Counted from the stretch's first letter, positions 12,101-25,563 are shown. The stretch: DNA of 64,000 nucleotides from Phoronis australis (GCA_002633005.1 NMRA01000020.1:273621-337620); one strand, 5' to 3'. Notes: generated by a model not told the origin, from the letters alone. Program-made: numbers and translations.

Positions 12101-14696
12101 AGAGTTCACTCCGCCATTTTACCATTCGTCGCAATGGTTACCGGTCGAAACACTAGCGCTCCAAGCGGTGAATAATCAACACTTAGGCGCGCAGTCCGAA
12201 CAATGTAAACACTGATAAATTCATATTTTAATGACATTCATTGTGCAATAAAATTCCTGTGTGATTGAAAATGGTTAGAATACATAAACTAACATCCACT
12301 TACAATCGAATGAGAAAGAAAATGTGTATTTTAATCAATATTAAAGTGTATTTATTTTTATTCTCTTGAAGCTCCCTTCAAAATCCATCATGGCAATTAT
12401 CGCTCCTTATAACAGTTCATACCTCCATGGACTACATAATTTGAATGATTGCTCCTGGGGGTTCAGAGGGGAATTCCCACCAGATGCTAGCTAAGGGGGT
12501 ACCAGGCAAAAACCAGGTGGGTGTTGATCCCCTCCCAGGGTGGTTACATAGGAGGAGTGCTAAACAGGTAAAAACCAATGGGTATGTATGCCACATGGGT
12601 GTTGAGCCCCTCCCATCGTCACACATTTTGGTTGCTCCCCTGACCATTGACAAACATGTTGCTCCCAGCTCACTGCTGGTTTCATCTCCACCCAACAATT
12701 TCGCATGTGTTCCCTAGTATTCAATGCACCAGGCTACTAGCAATGCAGACAATTGTTTTGTGCAATGGGTGTTACACAAATGAGAAGAAGAAAGCAAGGC
12801 AATTCATCACTACCACAAAATTGTAATACAATTTTAGAACATTCCATTATTTCTTAGGCATGCCAGTATAGGGCTCAATTCCACTCTCCCTCTCACCAAC
12901 AGTTACAAGTCACTTGCTAATCTGTAGAATAGCTCACAACTTACAAAACGTAGTAACATTGAGTATATCATCAAACATAATTGGTCAAAGTTCAAAATGT
13001 CATGACAAAAAATTAAGAAGTACTGAACAGCAATCAAAATATTCACTACCAACATAACTTCATACAAAACTGAATTCAAAAGACTTGGATGATAAAACTA
13101 AAATTTTATTTTATATACCCACTGTTCCTATCATCAATAACAGTAAATATTTCATGTAAGTTAAAGCCAGACTACAAGATCATATCTGATCCAATACCTA
13201 GCCACAACTGGGGCTTAAATTAATCACAATCTCCAAAACGTACAAAATAGGCAACACATGCACCAACCAATACAACAAGAAAATCTGACAACCTTGTCAC
13301 TCCCTATTAATTCACTAGTAAACAACAGCACTTTTCGCCAAAGAAATGCGTTATAAATAAATCTGCAAACTAATTTACTCACAGAGGTGTTTGTCATCCA
13401 GAAGTAAAATGATACGGGTTTAACAATATTTCAGCCCACCATTCAGACTCTGAATGATCCATCAGTTTCACTTTGGCTCTCTCCAAATCACAGGCTAACC
13501 ATTCATAAAATGTTTCAATCTGATCAACCTTAGTAAAATACGAAAACCAGATTTTGACTAATTGTCTTTTCTACACGTGATGTTCCAGTACTTGCTTTGT
13601 GATACAATAATTAGAAATGCAAAAAAGCCTATTACAGAGCTGTATATAATTTCCGGTGAACTTTTTTACCCTGACATCTTCATTTTCGGTGGATTCGAGA
13701 CATCAAATATTGTTCGAGCACTGCAGTCAATACCAGCTTGTTCTTCATTCATGAACATGGACTCCTCGAAGTGATGAGAGCATAACTTGCAATTCTTGGA
13801 CAAATAGGCTGCATCTCTATTCATAAGGTCATCTCCCAGCGCTTGCACCTGAACAGAAATCAATGACTGAGAGATTTAGGAACAAACCTCATACTCACTA
13901 GGTTCACAGAAGACTGGTAGCCAACGCTAAAGTAAAATACACTACAGAATTCCTGTCGTACTGTGATTGTGACAGAGACAAAAGCGTTTTGGTGTCAACT
14001 GAAAAAAACTCGGACTCAAATGTCGATCCACGGATATTTTAACAGGGCCGCGCCCCAGGCCCGGATCATTGACCCATAGAATGACGCACTGCTTACTGTA
14101 ACTTAATTGGTCCAACTGGCACATTAAAATTATGTTGATTTTTTCACCTTTTCACCGAGACCCACAGATTCTCTAACTTGACTCATGACAGACTTGTGGC
14201 CCTGTGGCTGTGATTGTGCCATGGCCATGTCACCCGGAGTCATATTACCCATGGCCATGGGCATGGGAATGTTTTCCTAAAATTATCCCTGCGATCGTAC
14301 GGGTGACATTTTGATTTGGAATTCGTGGACTGCAAAAAGCTGACGATCACATCGTACGTTCATCATAGTCCTTCCGCCGGCAGCCCGGTTGTACAGTAGG
14401 CCTAGCCTACACTACAGACAACAGTGGCAACGGGACTGCATTCGACTTGTCTAACAACCGTGAGCAGAACACACAAAATGAAAGCCAGTGTATCATATTA
14501 TTGCATAACAGATAATCCTTACCTTTCTGGATCCTTAACAAACCTAAAAAATGACACGTCTGGGGTTTTCATGGATGAATTCATGCAATTTATCGCACTG
14601 CAAAATGCGTCCTTCCCCATTGTTTTGGCGCTTCCTGGTTGACAGTTGCTTAGTCACCACTTGGCGGCGCTAGTAGTAGCGGTAACAGCGAACTCA
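12101..14696 (-). mobile_element. Non-autonomous THAP-bearing DNA transposon (P/hAT-like; superfamily not resolved)
   Basis: Subterminal inverted repeat actagcgctccaagcggtgaataatcaac (12152-12180) versus gttgcttagtcaccacttggcggcgctagt (14645-14674), with gagttc/gaactc outside them. It encloses THAP exons. No TSD found. Confidence 0.6.
13670..14620 (-). pseudogene. Two-exon THAP zinc-finger domain (THAP12/PRKRIR-like N-terminus), frameshifted
   Basis: Exon 14620-14523 gives MGKDAFCSAINCMNSSMKTPDVSFFRFVKDPER with a gtaag donor. The exon from 13848 gives (R)CKRW, then after a frameshift DDLMNRDAAYLSKNCKLCSHHFEESMFMN, then KNKLVLTAV/TIFDVSNPP across further shifts. C2CH ligands and an AVPTIF-like box are present. 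Confidence 0.88.
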
Positions 14697-14935
14697 CAAA
14701 ATGTGTAGTAACAGTTGCTAAACCTTAATTTATAGATTCCTTTTATTTCTATTTTGTTGTATTTTTCAATTGGTTTTGAGTAAAAGCATTGTTTTACAAA
14801 AATATCTCGGCTTTTCTTAAAAGGTCACGACCTCCGACCCCGGGCCACTGACATAGAAAGTAGTTACAAAGCCGAGGCGAGTCGAGAAAGGTAGATCGAT
14901 TCATTGCAATGTTTCTCGTTCAGTATGTGGTATAA

Positions 14936-15087
14936 ATAGATTATTACATGTTCTCAGTCGTTATCCCCCTTACCTAGAGCCCTCGTGGATTTTGTAGATC
15001 AAGAATTATCACCCTCGGGGCTAACGCACCTCGGGCCATAATTCTCTAGATAACGGGGGATAACGACTTCGCCATGTAATAATCTAT
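14936..15087. mobile_element. Palindromic 152-bp MITE
   Basis: atagattattacatg..agtcgttatccccc versus gggggataacgact..catgtaataatctat, with a central ccctcggggctaacgcacctcggg motif. Confidence 0.8.
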
Positions 15088-15519
15088 ATTTATTTCTAGT
15101 GCGTAAAATATTTTCTCAGGTAAAAAAGTTCTCGTCCTCACTTTAGAAATGACGTCAAGGTTACAATAGAATCATTGGCGGCGCTCCGTAGGGTGCTGGG
15201 TGGGTGCACTGCCCATGGTCTATAGGCGACCAGGGTGCACCACCAATGAGAATAGAGTAAAGAAAAATTTACTTGACGATAAAAACTTAAACCTAAATCT
15301 AAAACTGATCAACTCTAAATACGATATTTACTGAATAGGTTTGTAACTAGTATGTCAAAAAGAACTGTTCAGTAAAGTTACCCCACATACACCTGGGCCT
15401 ATCGCTTTTCCCATTTCCATTGGTCAAAACGTCGACCTTCGTGTTATCTTGTATTTTGTGCGATAAGATGACACGTACTTTTTCTATTTCAACACCCGAT
15501 TTTATACACCAAGTTAGTC

Positions 15520-18500
15520 ATGGCGTATACTTCGGTAGCTCTATATGTTCTTATAGTTTTATTTACCATGTCTGGATATTCAGACATTGACTCGTTATGG
15601 GCCGAATTGCCTATTTTGGTACAGCGACTGCCGGAGTATTGGTTGTTACCAAGTTACTTCATGGTAATCGTGGGAGTCGCCTGTGTGTCAACAATAATTT
15701 ACATTGGTTTGCATAGATGTAGACCGGACATAGTGAACGAGGTTTCCGTGCAATACGGAATGAACGCAACATCGATATTTTGCTTCATCCTGTTAATTTT
15801 CTTCTGGAATTCAACAGTGGAGATCAACGGAGAGTCACACAGTGTTATTTTCTTGGGCATAATATCTCTGCTGTCGCTGAAGACACAAATAGGGCCAGTC
15901 GTATTTTTACCGTACTTATCACGGTTTCCCTCGGTATACCTCACGGCCTCTTTTGTTGGGGATGGATTAGGCGGCGTGGTACCATCGATTGTATCACTTA
16001 TTCAAGGGGCGGGAGAGTACCAATGCTTGAACACGTCAGCGAAATTCAACCAAACCCGGAACTCTCAATTCAAGAATCATTCTTCAGATTCCATGACTGA
16101 GTGGGAACAGATTTATTCACCGCCATTATTTTCAGTAAAAATCTTTTTCGTTATAACGACATTAACACTTGTTCTCTATGCTACATCTTTTCTTTTATTG
16201 CATCACCACCCATGGTGCAAGAAGTTCCACGTGACCAAAGGAGAACTCGACGCAAAAAAACATGAAGACATTGGTGAAGTGTTCTCATCAACTGTGACTA
16301 TCGTTAGCAATGACTATGAAATGTCAATGAACGGAGAAACCAAATCCCATGAAAGCAACCAGTCTCAGAAACAGAAGGAAGCCGTTGGGAACGGGATAGA
16401 ACTAGAGATCCATCAACAGTTTTGGGGAAATAACGTACTTTCTAAGTCGACGACAAGGTTTCTCATTTTTCAATACGGATTCAATTTTGGAATTAATTAT
16501 GGAGTCTTGCATCCTGTTCAGTCCTACGCTCTTCTTCCTTACGGTAAGCATCAATTTCTGGTTATGTTGAAATCTAGTTTCGGACTAAATTGCAACATTG
16601 GAAATGGTTCTCTGCCAATGAAACACATTACAGCCTGCTCACCAGGTATTTCTAGGGTTTGTTCGTAAATATTTTTAATTTCTGTTCATATCAAAGCATT
16701 TTCTTTTAGTTTCAAGTTTCAAAAAAACACGATCTGTCAACTGCTCGCCACTTCGTCGATTTTTCTCCCACAAGGCAAAGCACGGCAAGACATAGACATA
16801 GCACACTTTTCTTATATGGAAAATTTGACCTTTGACCTCAAGCGACTTCAAGCAACGTGAGTGCATGCGCGCATTTATCATAAGTGGGAGGGAGATTAGA
16901 AGCTCTGTGGTAACCACAGAGTTTTCCTTCGAGCGCATTTCAAAAAATCGTAAAACCTGTGATTTTTGTCTGGAAATTTCCTCACAAGGGAAGGTGAATT
17001 CCTCTGTAATAAAAGTTGCGAGATGCTACTTTCGCAGGAATTGTTTAAAAGATATTTTTGAAGAGTTTTCGCGTTCCATGCCTCTTTAAGAATGAAAAAC
17101 CGTGTACTGCAAATCACAGCGGAGTTTAGTTTTCTGTAGGCCCGAGATGTACATGCAGAAAATATTAGCTCAACTTGGACCAAAAGTCAATTTCAAATAT
17201 ACGCTCGTGTGTGATGAAGGGCTGAACGTACACTCGATTGTATATTGTAGCCAGCGTGGAAATGGAATATCCTAGGGGCATTTTCATGACCTACTAAACA
17301 CTGTATCTGCGGAAAAGTTTCCTTATATATACGCCCACTGAGCACATCTAAAGGTGGGCCTCTGCCGAAAACTCCGGTAGTCAAGATCTGCCTCGACGAG
17401 AAACCGGGACTCCGACAGCTTTTGCGCCACAGCGCGCATGGCTTGCAACTCATACCCCCAGTACTTCTTGTGTTTATTCTTGCTATGTTTTTACCCGTGG
17501 TTTTGGTTGCCGTTTTGAACATCGGAATCACCCACTAGGCACTTGCCTGAGGGCCCCACGACCACAGAGACCTCACGGCGATCATTGTTTGATTTGACTT
17601 GCGTTGTAAAAGTCTAACGATATAAACTTACATGCTATAGTGTATGTACAGTCTTAAGTCCCGTTTAGACATCAACTTTTGACACAACTGACACAGAGCA
17701 AATTGACCGGTGCCAAGCGGCCGTTTACACACACAACACACTAACTGGGGCAAGATGGAAGTTGTGGGCTGGAGAGTGGAACGCACAGGCGCAGGTTTGC
17801 AAATGGCGGGAGTTGCAGAGACAGAGAACCCGTATGTAAGCTATTACACAAGCGCAGTAGAGACGATCCTTTCCGCCTTGCCCCAGTTTCGCGTTAGACA
17901 TAAATAACTGACACGGTGCAAGATGACCGAGCGCAAATTGCTCTACCTCACAAACGGGTGACAAAAGTTGTCACCGCGGTGTCAGTTTGCTCCAGATCAG
18001 TCCTGTTTACATACATAATTGCGCTAGAACATTTCCTTCCGTGTCAGCTGATCTGTGTAAACGGCACTATACTGGTAGTCATTTAGCAAAACGTAACTGC
18101 ATGCCCACACCAAACAAGTCCAAGACCCCTCGTTGTAGCCACAAGTGTAGATCTCACATAGCTTGATGGTTCAACTCTCCATATATAAAAATGTGAGTGT
18201 CAATTTTGGATCGCTAAGTGTGTGTTACATTTCCTATGATTTTTTCTGAGTAAGACTCTCTTGGAATTAAACTCGAACAGGTGACCAATCTTGTCACTTT
18301 CAGCATTTTGTGCTGAATACTTTCGTGGGAATTTAAGAAATGAATGAAAACCAAACAGGTGTTCGTGATTACCTTTCTTTTGAAGTGAAACGTTTTCGGT
18401 CGTGAAAGATAACTAAGTTGAATTTACAAACATTGAATTTTGTACGTAGAAATCGAGAAGTATCCTGTTTGGAACACTGCCGTCAATCTCTTAACTGACA

Positions 18501-21064
18501 AAACACACACAACTCTACCCAGCATCTAAATTGTGTTTTCCTAATGGAGTGGTGAACTTACATCTCATGCACTATATAGTCCTTAGTTTTAACTGTAATA
18601 CTCATCCTCGGTAATATTGCTACGCACTCCATTTACGCTTCGGTGGTCCACGCCCTTCCGACTCAGTGTATACAATAAATACGCGTATGCGATGTATGTT
18701 TACGGTAATTATCTACTTATTTAAGACACTTAATTCATTTCGCACACCCAACATTAATTGTAAAAGTAATATTTTCTCTCACTTATTTCGCATGAGGCTA
18801 CTTGGTAGCAAATTCTTGTCTCACCCAATTCGCAAATTGTAGGTTTTTCACTTCCGAAGATATCACCGCAAAGCAATACACACCTCTTTCACTGTTGTAA
18901 AACATAATGTTGGAACAACCTAAAGTAACCAAATTACAGTTAATTGAATCAAGTTGGCAACCCCTAGGTTACTCTTCGTTCAAATGCCTAATGGGCATTG
19001 GCGATACTTGGTTGCTCAGTTAATTTCACACCAGTAAAATATAAAGTCTCGGAGTCCGTACTCAGTTTATTTGGTGCACCTCGACTATTTATTTTGGTGC
19101 GAAATACGTGGTGAAATGCAGTTTGCGTTTTTGCAGCTATAACTTTTTCTGTCATTGTATAGCGAAACCAATTAATTTGACGTACCAAAAATGTAAAACA
19201 AGTAGATTGAACTGTGATGTAAAACAAATAGATTGATCTGTGATTGTACCCTGAGGGCACGGCACTTATACATCGAATGCATTTACGGTATTTGCAGCCC
19301 ATATGCAGTAGATTCTACAACTTGAAGACCAGATTGTCCATGAAAGAGTATCTTTTCCAATAAAACACCCTACTAAAGGATTCCCTTTATGGGTTAGGAA
19401 CTCATCAAAAATTCTACTTTCACCGGGCCATTTTTACGGTTTACAACTTCACCGAAGTGTTTCACTTTCCTGTGTTACAAATCATTTCTTATACGTTGTT
19501 TAAATGCGTATTTTGTAAGGTTTAGAACGTCAGCAAACCAAGGATAATGGTTTAGAGAAAAAATATGATGAAGGGTGATTTTTTTCGGAGAATTTCCAAC
19601 AATTGGGTTTGTCGTGCTAAAGGTAAGCTTTTGCGATGCAGACGCTTAGAAAAGTGGGTGGGCGTAACCTTATTTCTCAATGGCACACCACTAGGATTAA
19701 CCGCGTTACCTGTTGCGTCTAAACTTATACTGCTTAGTGATTGATCCTAGACTCAGTTTATGAAACGGAAAAAAGTGTGCACAAATTCTGACTGGTTATG
19801 CAACATAGCTAGCCAATTTTTCCAGGGGTGGTAAACTACATTATTGACGGAGGCTGCATCTGGACCCTTTTGCAGGAGATTCCATGAAAAAGTCTCCTTT
19901 TTCGAAAGGGTTAATCCTGAGGAGGCAATTTGGCTTAGTGGGATGTGTATCCGCTTATTATTCTGACGACCGTGGGTTAGAGTCCTAATTGGACACGCTG
20001 CTTTACAGGTCTCCAGCGCCTCAACTCGGTTCTGTATATTATACTAATAAAGCATAAAAATGGTTCCAGGTGATCAGTGCCAACGGACACACGTGAGCGG
20101 CCTGCACACGTCTGGTAAAGGGTGTACCAGACCGCCTGTAATTATTGCGTGCGTATATTTACAGGTAATTTAGCCTTCTCTCTCGGCAACAGACTCTCGA
20201 CGGTCGCGCTCTCTGGCGCCGGATTACTTGCCCTGTTCATCCCTACCCGCTCAATCAAGGTGGTCACTCTTCATTTTGCCGTCGGTATCCTGACGTCCAT
20301 TTACATCCTGTCTGTGGCGGTAATGAGTCCGAATCCGCCACTTAGGGGCACTGATGAAGGAGTTGCGCTGGCGGTGCGTAGCCATTCGACTTTCCAGTGT
20401 TTTACATTTGTAGTAAACATATTCAGTCAGAATACGGCGATTGTTGAGTTAACACGCATTTATTGAAGATATGTTCAGTGGTATTTTGAAATTGTTTTTA
20501 GTTAAATCTGAAATAATACTGTTTGTAGCTCAGTCCAATGTCTTATAGTGTAAATATTGGAAAGCATATAATTTTTTGATGAATACCGAATGGAATCTTT
20601 ACGAACAAAATTTCGCTCTCTGAGACTGTACTCTTTCACAACCTTGGATTACGCTTTGTTGAGAGAAAACTCCTCGTTTTGGTTGTATCCAACCATAGGG
20701 CATACGTCATGTATTGGCGGTTTCGCGACATCGTCTTCTTGTAATACAAATTACAGATGGCGAGACAATCCACAGTTCCTAGCAATGTCGCCAGTGGAGA
20801 CGTGTAAATTTTACTTTCACCATACCAAACGCTTCAATAGCAGCTCTTTGCATATTATAGGTGCTGTCCTGGATTGTAATGTCTGTCACATTTGGCTACA
20901 ATCGCGTTGGCCTTGCGACAATTTTAAAAGAATCTGGTGGAAAAGAACCCCTAGTGTACGCAGGAGCGACGAACGTTGCTTGTACGGTCTTCGGCAGCAT
21001 ACTCATGTTTGTGTTAATCAATGCATTTAACCTTTTTAAGGATACTGCTCCGTGTCCAAACTGA
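15520..21064 (+). CDS. SLC52-family (riboflavin transporter, RFVT-like) membrane protein, 478 aa; exons 15520-16543, 20165-20373, 20861-21064
   Basis: Family motifs LWAELPILVQRLPEYWLLPSY, VVFLPY, GDGLGGVVPSIVSLIQGAG, PPLFSVKIFF, VQSYALLPYG, AVMSPNPPLRG and GSILMFVLIN..LF. GT/AG junctions in phases 1 and 0 give an uninterrupted 1437-nt frame. Confidence 0.95.
17657..18068. mobile_element. MITE in SLC52 intron 1 (Harbinger-like, tentative)
   Basis: agtcccgtttagaca ... tgtgtaaacggcact imperfect TIRs, with internal inverted gacac/gtgtc and gtttacac repeats. Confidence 0.6.
19923..20128 (+). mobile_element. Degenerate tRNA-derived SINE
   Basis: A box TGGCTTAGTGG (19931-19941) and B-box-like GGTTAGAGTCC (about 19975), followed by a SINE-like body. 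Confidence 0.45.
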
Positions 21065-21964
21065 CGTACGCATTGTTATACGGAGTGACGTACGTTTTGT
21101 GTTTCAAATTGCCAAGAGTGTTGTCATACAAATTGGTATATGTATCGCCATACAAAGATTCACCTGTGTATTTTCATAAAATGCGTGTTTGTGTTTTTAC
21201 GACGAAAATGAAATCTAGTGTTAAAATGACGTGTTTTTGTATAAAAATGAATGAATTAGTATGGATTTTTTATTCTTGCATTATTGTTATAGTGCAGTTA
21301 GTCTTCAGATAAAAGTATGTATTCACTCAAACAACTAATTTCATTTTTATTTAATTCGCGCCTCTCATCCTTCGTAAGTCTTTTTAAAGGTGTTTTATAC
21401 CCACCTTATGTTAAAACTCAAATTTTGTTTAGATCCCTTGTCGTTAGAAGCTCGGTTTTAGCTGTTCCTTGTTATTCACACTATATTAATAGCTGAGCTT
21501 TTGCAAGAACTGGACTTGATATTACTGGAGACTATGCGGTACGCCGCACATATTGTCAGTCAACACATGACCAACTTATCTAGCCTCGTTTTCAACATTA
21601 AGTCACGTGAGTTCTTCTTAATGCCAGAAAACACTACTAAAAACAAGATATGGGACCAGAATATTCAGTCAACATAAGTTTCGACATATTGGGAGGGTTT
21701 ATAACGCAGTACGTTGTGATTTATAGCTCATTTAACGTGCAGTCATAGAACAAGCATTGTCACAGGGTAACAAAGTCTCCACCGCCTCGTGATGTATGCA
21801 TTTTAGGAGATTATTTTCTGTCATAATAAATTTCTTGGGGGTAATTTTGAGATAACGCACGGAGTTGCGCCACCTAAAAAAGCGCCCACCTCATAATTTC
21901 AGCCAAGGCATCGTGTTTTTTCTAAAAATTTCACAAAGAGATATAATACCTTTATTAACCTACG

Positions 21965-21993
21965 CAATGCAATGCAATGCAATGCAATGCAAT
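21965..21993. repeat. (CAATG)n microsatellite
   Basis: About six direct copies of caatg. Confidence 0.9.
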
Positions 21994-24900
21994 ACAGGTA
22001 AGCAACAGAAAATACAAAATAATTATTATTTACTGTTCATAACATGGGACATCCTTGGAAGGCTGACAAATGGAATTCCATAAATAGATAAACTTGACGT
22101 CCCAGTAAAAGTAAATTGGTGTTACATATCTGCACTCCACAGAACACGACACGCAAATTGCCAATGTACAAATGATCACTGCGTGTGCGTGCGCGTGTGC
22201 CCGTATGCTTGCGTGCGTGCATGTGTGAAAAAAATCTGGGTTATATTGGAATTTGTATACATCTTGGACGTAGTTGCAGGCGAAACAGCTTGAGTTATTG
22301 CATAGTGACCAAGTATCTAAAACTTTGTTTCTGTTTTATCTTAAAAGTCCAGCGAGTGGGTGCCGGGTTTATCTTATCTAGAACTGAAGAAGGTATTTTA
22401 TTTTCACTGATGAACCTAGGAATGTGAAAACTTTAAAATTGGGTTGCTGTGCATTGCTTCGTAAAATGGAGTGAGGTGCGTAAGAGTAATGTTTAGGGCC
22501 CAAACTAACCACGAAGGAAATATCGGAGTGACAGAATAACGTTCTCAAGAGGCTGTCATTATATTCGTACTCTCGCGCCATCTATTATCCGCAACAATAG
22601 CTTAAACAAGATTTGACTTACCGTCACGATTTGCCAAGAGATACATTTCATGTAAAAGATGCGCTGGCAGTGCTCGGAAAGACCATAGAGGATGGTTTAC
22701 CCATTCAAACGATGCATCATTTAAAAAAAAATTTAGTTGTCTGGAGGGCCGTAGGTACAGTCAAGTAACTGGAAGCTGAGCTGTGTACCTCAAGTGAACT
22801 ACGGCTGTGAGACTTCAGCTCACGCCAACTGAAGGTGTAAAAATACAAATTGGATGAACTAGGCTCGCCGCTTGTCAGCTCAGCTAACATTCGCTTGGGA
22901 TAGGAAGTTCAGCTCGAACCTATCTGTCCGCAGTGGTCATGTCGAGATTCATTTTCAATAAAGCTCCATTCGGGGACAAATTCATTTTATTAGTGTCATG
23001 CTTTTTAAGGTATATTTTAAAAGGGTGAGTTTCCGGGGGACCCTGAAATACTGCATTTGTGGGTGTTTCAAAACCTTGTTAAAACACGGTTAACACAGTT
23101 TCTTGTGGTCGCTGAAAACAAATGATAAACAGGATGTCCCAAACAAAGGCCTACTCACTCTTCAGTAAAACGCCGAGAGTTCAAATTCAGTTCCCATGGA
23201 TTAGACTCTGCACCCGTGACTACTCTACGGATACACCTTGATTTGAACGTGGGTGCGTGAGCCATCACGTGCTCTACATCTGATATATGGGATTAAGAAG
23301 CGCCTCAATTTCGTAGGACGACATTTTATTGCGTAATACTACGGGAAAGTAAAAAAAAACATCATGGGAGTGCAAACGCAATTAATCTTCCCCAAGTCAA
23401 TGAGCAATGCGTTTAATTTGATTCAAGGTCTTTTTGATCTCCTGTTTGTGAATTCAATGAGGCAGGGGACATAAAAACTCGTAAACACACCTTTAAATAG
23501 ACCACGGCGAATCTACTTCTTGGGATGTTAACGTGCGAGTTATTCACTTTGAGTATTGCAAGAATTCCAAGAAGAAATCGCCAGATTCACTATATTTAAA
23601 ACACAGACAAAATGTTCATTCTAATGCAGCTTTCAAATTCTCTGCCTCTAACACTATGTATGCGCTCCAAAAATCGGACTCGGACTGGCTGCTGCAAGAA
23701 ATCGCCATTGTTTTTTACATCAAAGGTCAAAGTTTCCATCTTCCATATGAAAGAAATGTGCTTTGTCTATGTCTTGCCTACCAAATAAGCAGAGGTGCAT
23801 TGCTATGTGGGAGAAAAGTTGAAGAAGTGACGAGCATTTAACAGATTGTTTTTTGAAATTTGAAACTAAAGGAAAAATGTTTTGACATCAACAGAATTTA
23901 AAACCTTTACCAATAAACCGCGAAAATACCTGGGCCTAGTTGTATAAAAGTTATACGCTGCATAGCAACAATGACGTCGCCTTATCACGCGCCACGTTGT
24001 TATTGTTGAACAATGCACTGACGCCATGCAACAATCAAACTTATTCAGCGGATAATTTTGAAGTTTTGTGCAGTTTGTCTTCTGTTTCATTGGCAGAAAA
24101 CCACTTTAATAATGTAATTTAGTCTCTTTTTCATGTTCTTTGCCACCTTAAACCAATGACCTTGTTCAATGAACACTGCATGTGTTTCCATTCGAATTGT
24201 GGGTACATTTTGGGACGCCCTGTAGAACTGACCGAATTAAATCAATATCTTTCACTGGCAGATAGTAAAAATCATCTGGCGTACTTTGCTATTTGTGTAT
24301 CAGACGATAAGATATTATACTAACCTCAGTCCTTAACTAAGCTCACTTAAGCATCATGAATTCTTTTATGATTGGTTTGCCGCTTCTAATTGTCAAAAAA
24401 ATTTCTATGAGTCAGTTGATTTTCGTAGATGCATAAACATGTAATTCAGAAACCAACGAATTCATTTGTTTATGAAACAGAGTATTGCAAGAAATCCCGG
24501 GAAGCACACTGTGGTGGGGCAACCGGGGAACATGGGAAGCGGCGGGGCACGCTGTTTGGGGGTCTTCCTAAAGTTTTCCGTATCTATTCGTGTTGACGTG
24601 TATTTTGGTTCACTCTATAGATATAACTTTCTAACTCCAAAAACCTCTGAAACCTTTGTATACGTTTGTCAATGCATGTGCATTGCTTTGAGCACCTTCA
24701 TCCCATCCACTGTGTACACGGTCATAAAAAACCTGCTCGACATGTGCCAGTTTCTTGCAAACAACTCGTGGTAATGATCCTCAAAAGAAATACTGTTCTG
24801 GTGATGTTTTGGGAAAGCACCGACCAAAGTTTTAGAGTAGGCCTAAATTACTAAGTTTTTATATTACTTATATTTTGTTTTTGTTGACCCCTTCCACTGA

Positions 24901-25317
24901 TTGCGAACACAAGCACATGTAACTCAAGTTAGAGGTATCGACAAAATCTTGGGCAACATTTATAGTAAAAATATAATATATCCAGATGCCATAAAATTTC
25001 AACCCGACTTTCATTGCCGTGGATCCAGCGTGTTTTCGTCCACAGTCTGAATTCTTGCGAAGGTAGCTGACGCTATTTTCCATGAGATAAATAATGTCAA
25101 AAGGAGGCGATTTGGAAAACTTTAAAGTTGTAAAACTGCTAACAATTCATGTGGTGTTTTTTGATAGGAGTCAAGCATGGTCACTGAATGATTTAATTTT
25201 CGTCAGTTTTAATTAAAGTCGCCTCACCGAGCGAAAACCAGGTCACATTCCTTAGAGAGATACTACGTCTGAGGACGCTGCTGTGCCAAATAAAAACGTG
25301 CATTTACTACAAGACAA

Positions 25318-25563
25318 GGGCCCATTCCAAGAAAATTGTCTGATCTAAGACAGAGCTTTAACTTAAATCAGTTTTAAGATAAAACTTAAATTCGTCTGAA
25401 GTCTGTTCCAAGAATGATGCCAAGTTTGACATAAGTTTTTGACTTAAAATTTGTCTTAAATTTTACTTAACTTACCGTATGTGAAAGGTTAAAAAGTATG
25501 GAGGTTGGTTCAAATCGTAGACTTAAGTAAAAAAGAACTTAGTGTGGTTTCTGAGAACAAGCC
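25318..25563. mobile_element. AT-rich MITE, copy 2 (inverted relative to 3130-3372)
   Basis: gggcccattccaagaaaa ... tttctgagaacaagcc, with internal homology to 3130-3372. Confidence 0.65.

Noticed and set aside
11830-12215. ORFs in the foldback arms (MTIASVGPNQ... and its mirror at 11243)
   Set aside because: They are mirror-image readings of the inverted repeat with no protein motif.
16544-16668. 3' end of the 382-aa ORF as SLC52 coding sequence
   Set aside because: It is read-through into intron 1. Family similarity stops at LPYG|gtaag and resumes at 20165.
20590-21030. 146-aa ORF as a separate gene
   Set aside because: It overlaps the intron and exon 3 of SLC52 in another frame and has no motif.
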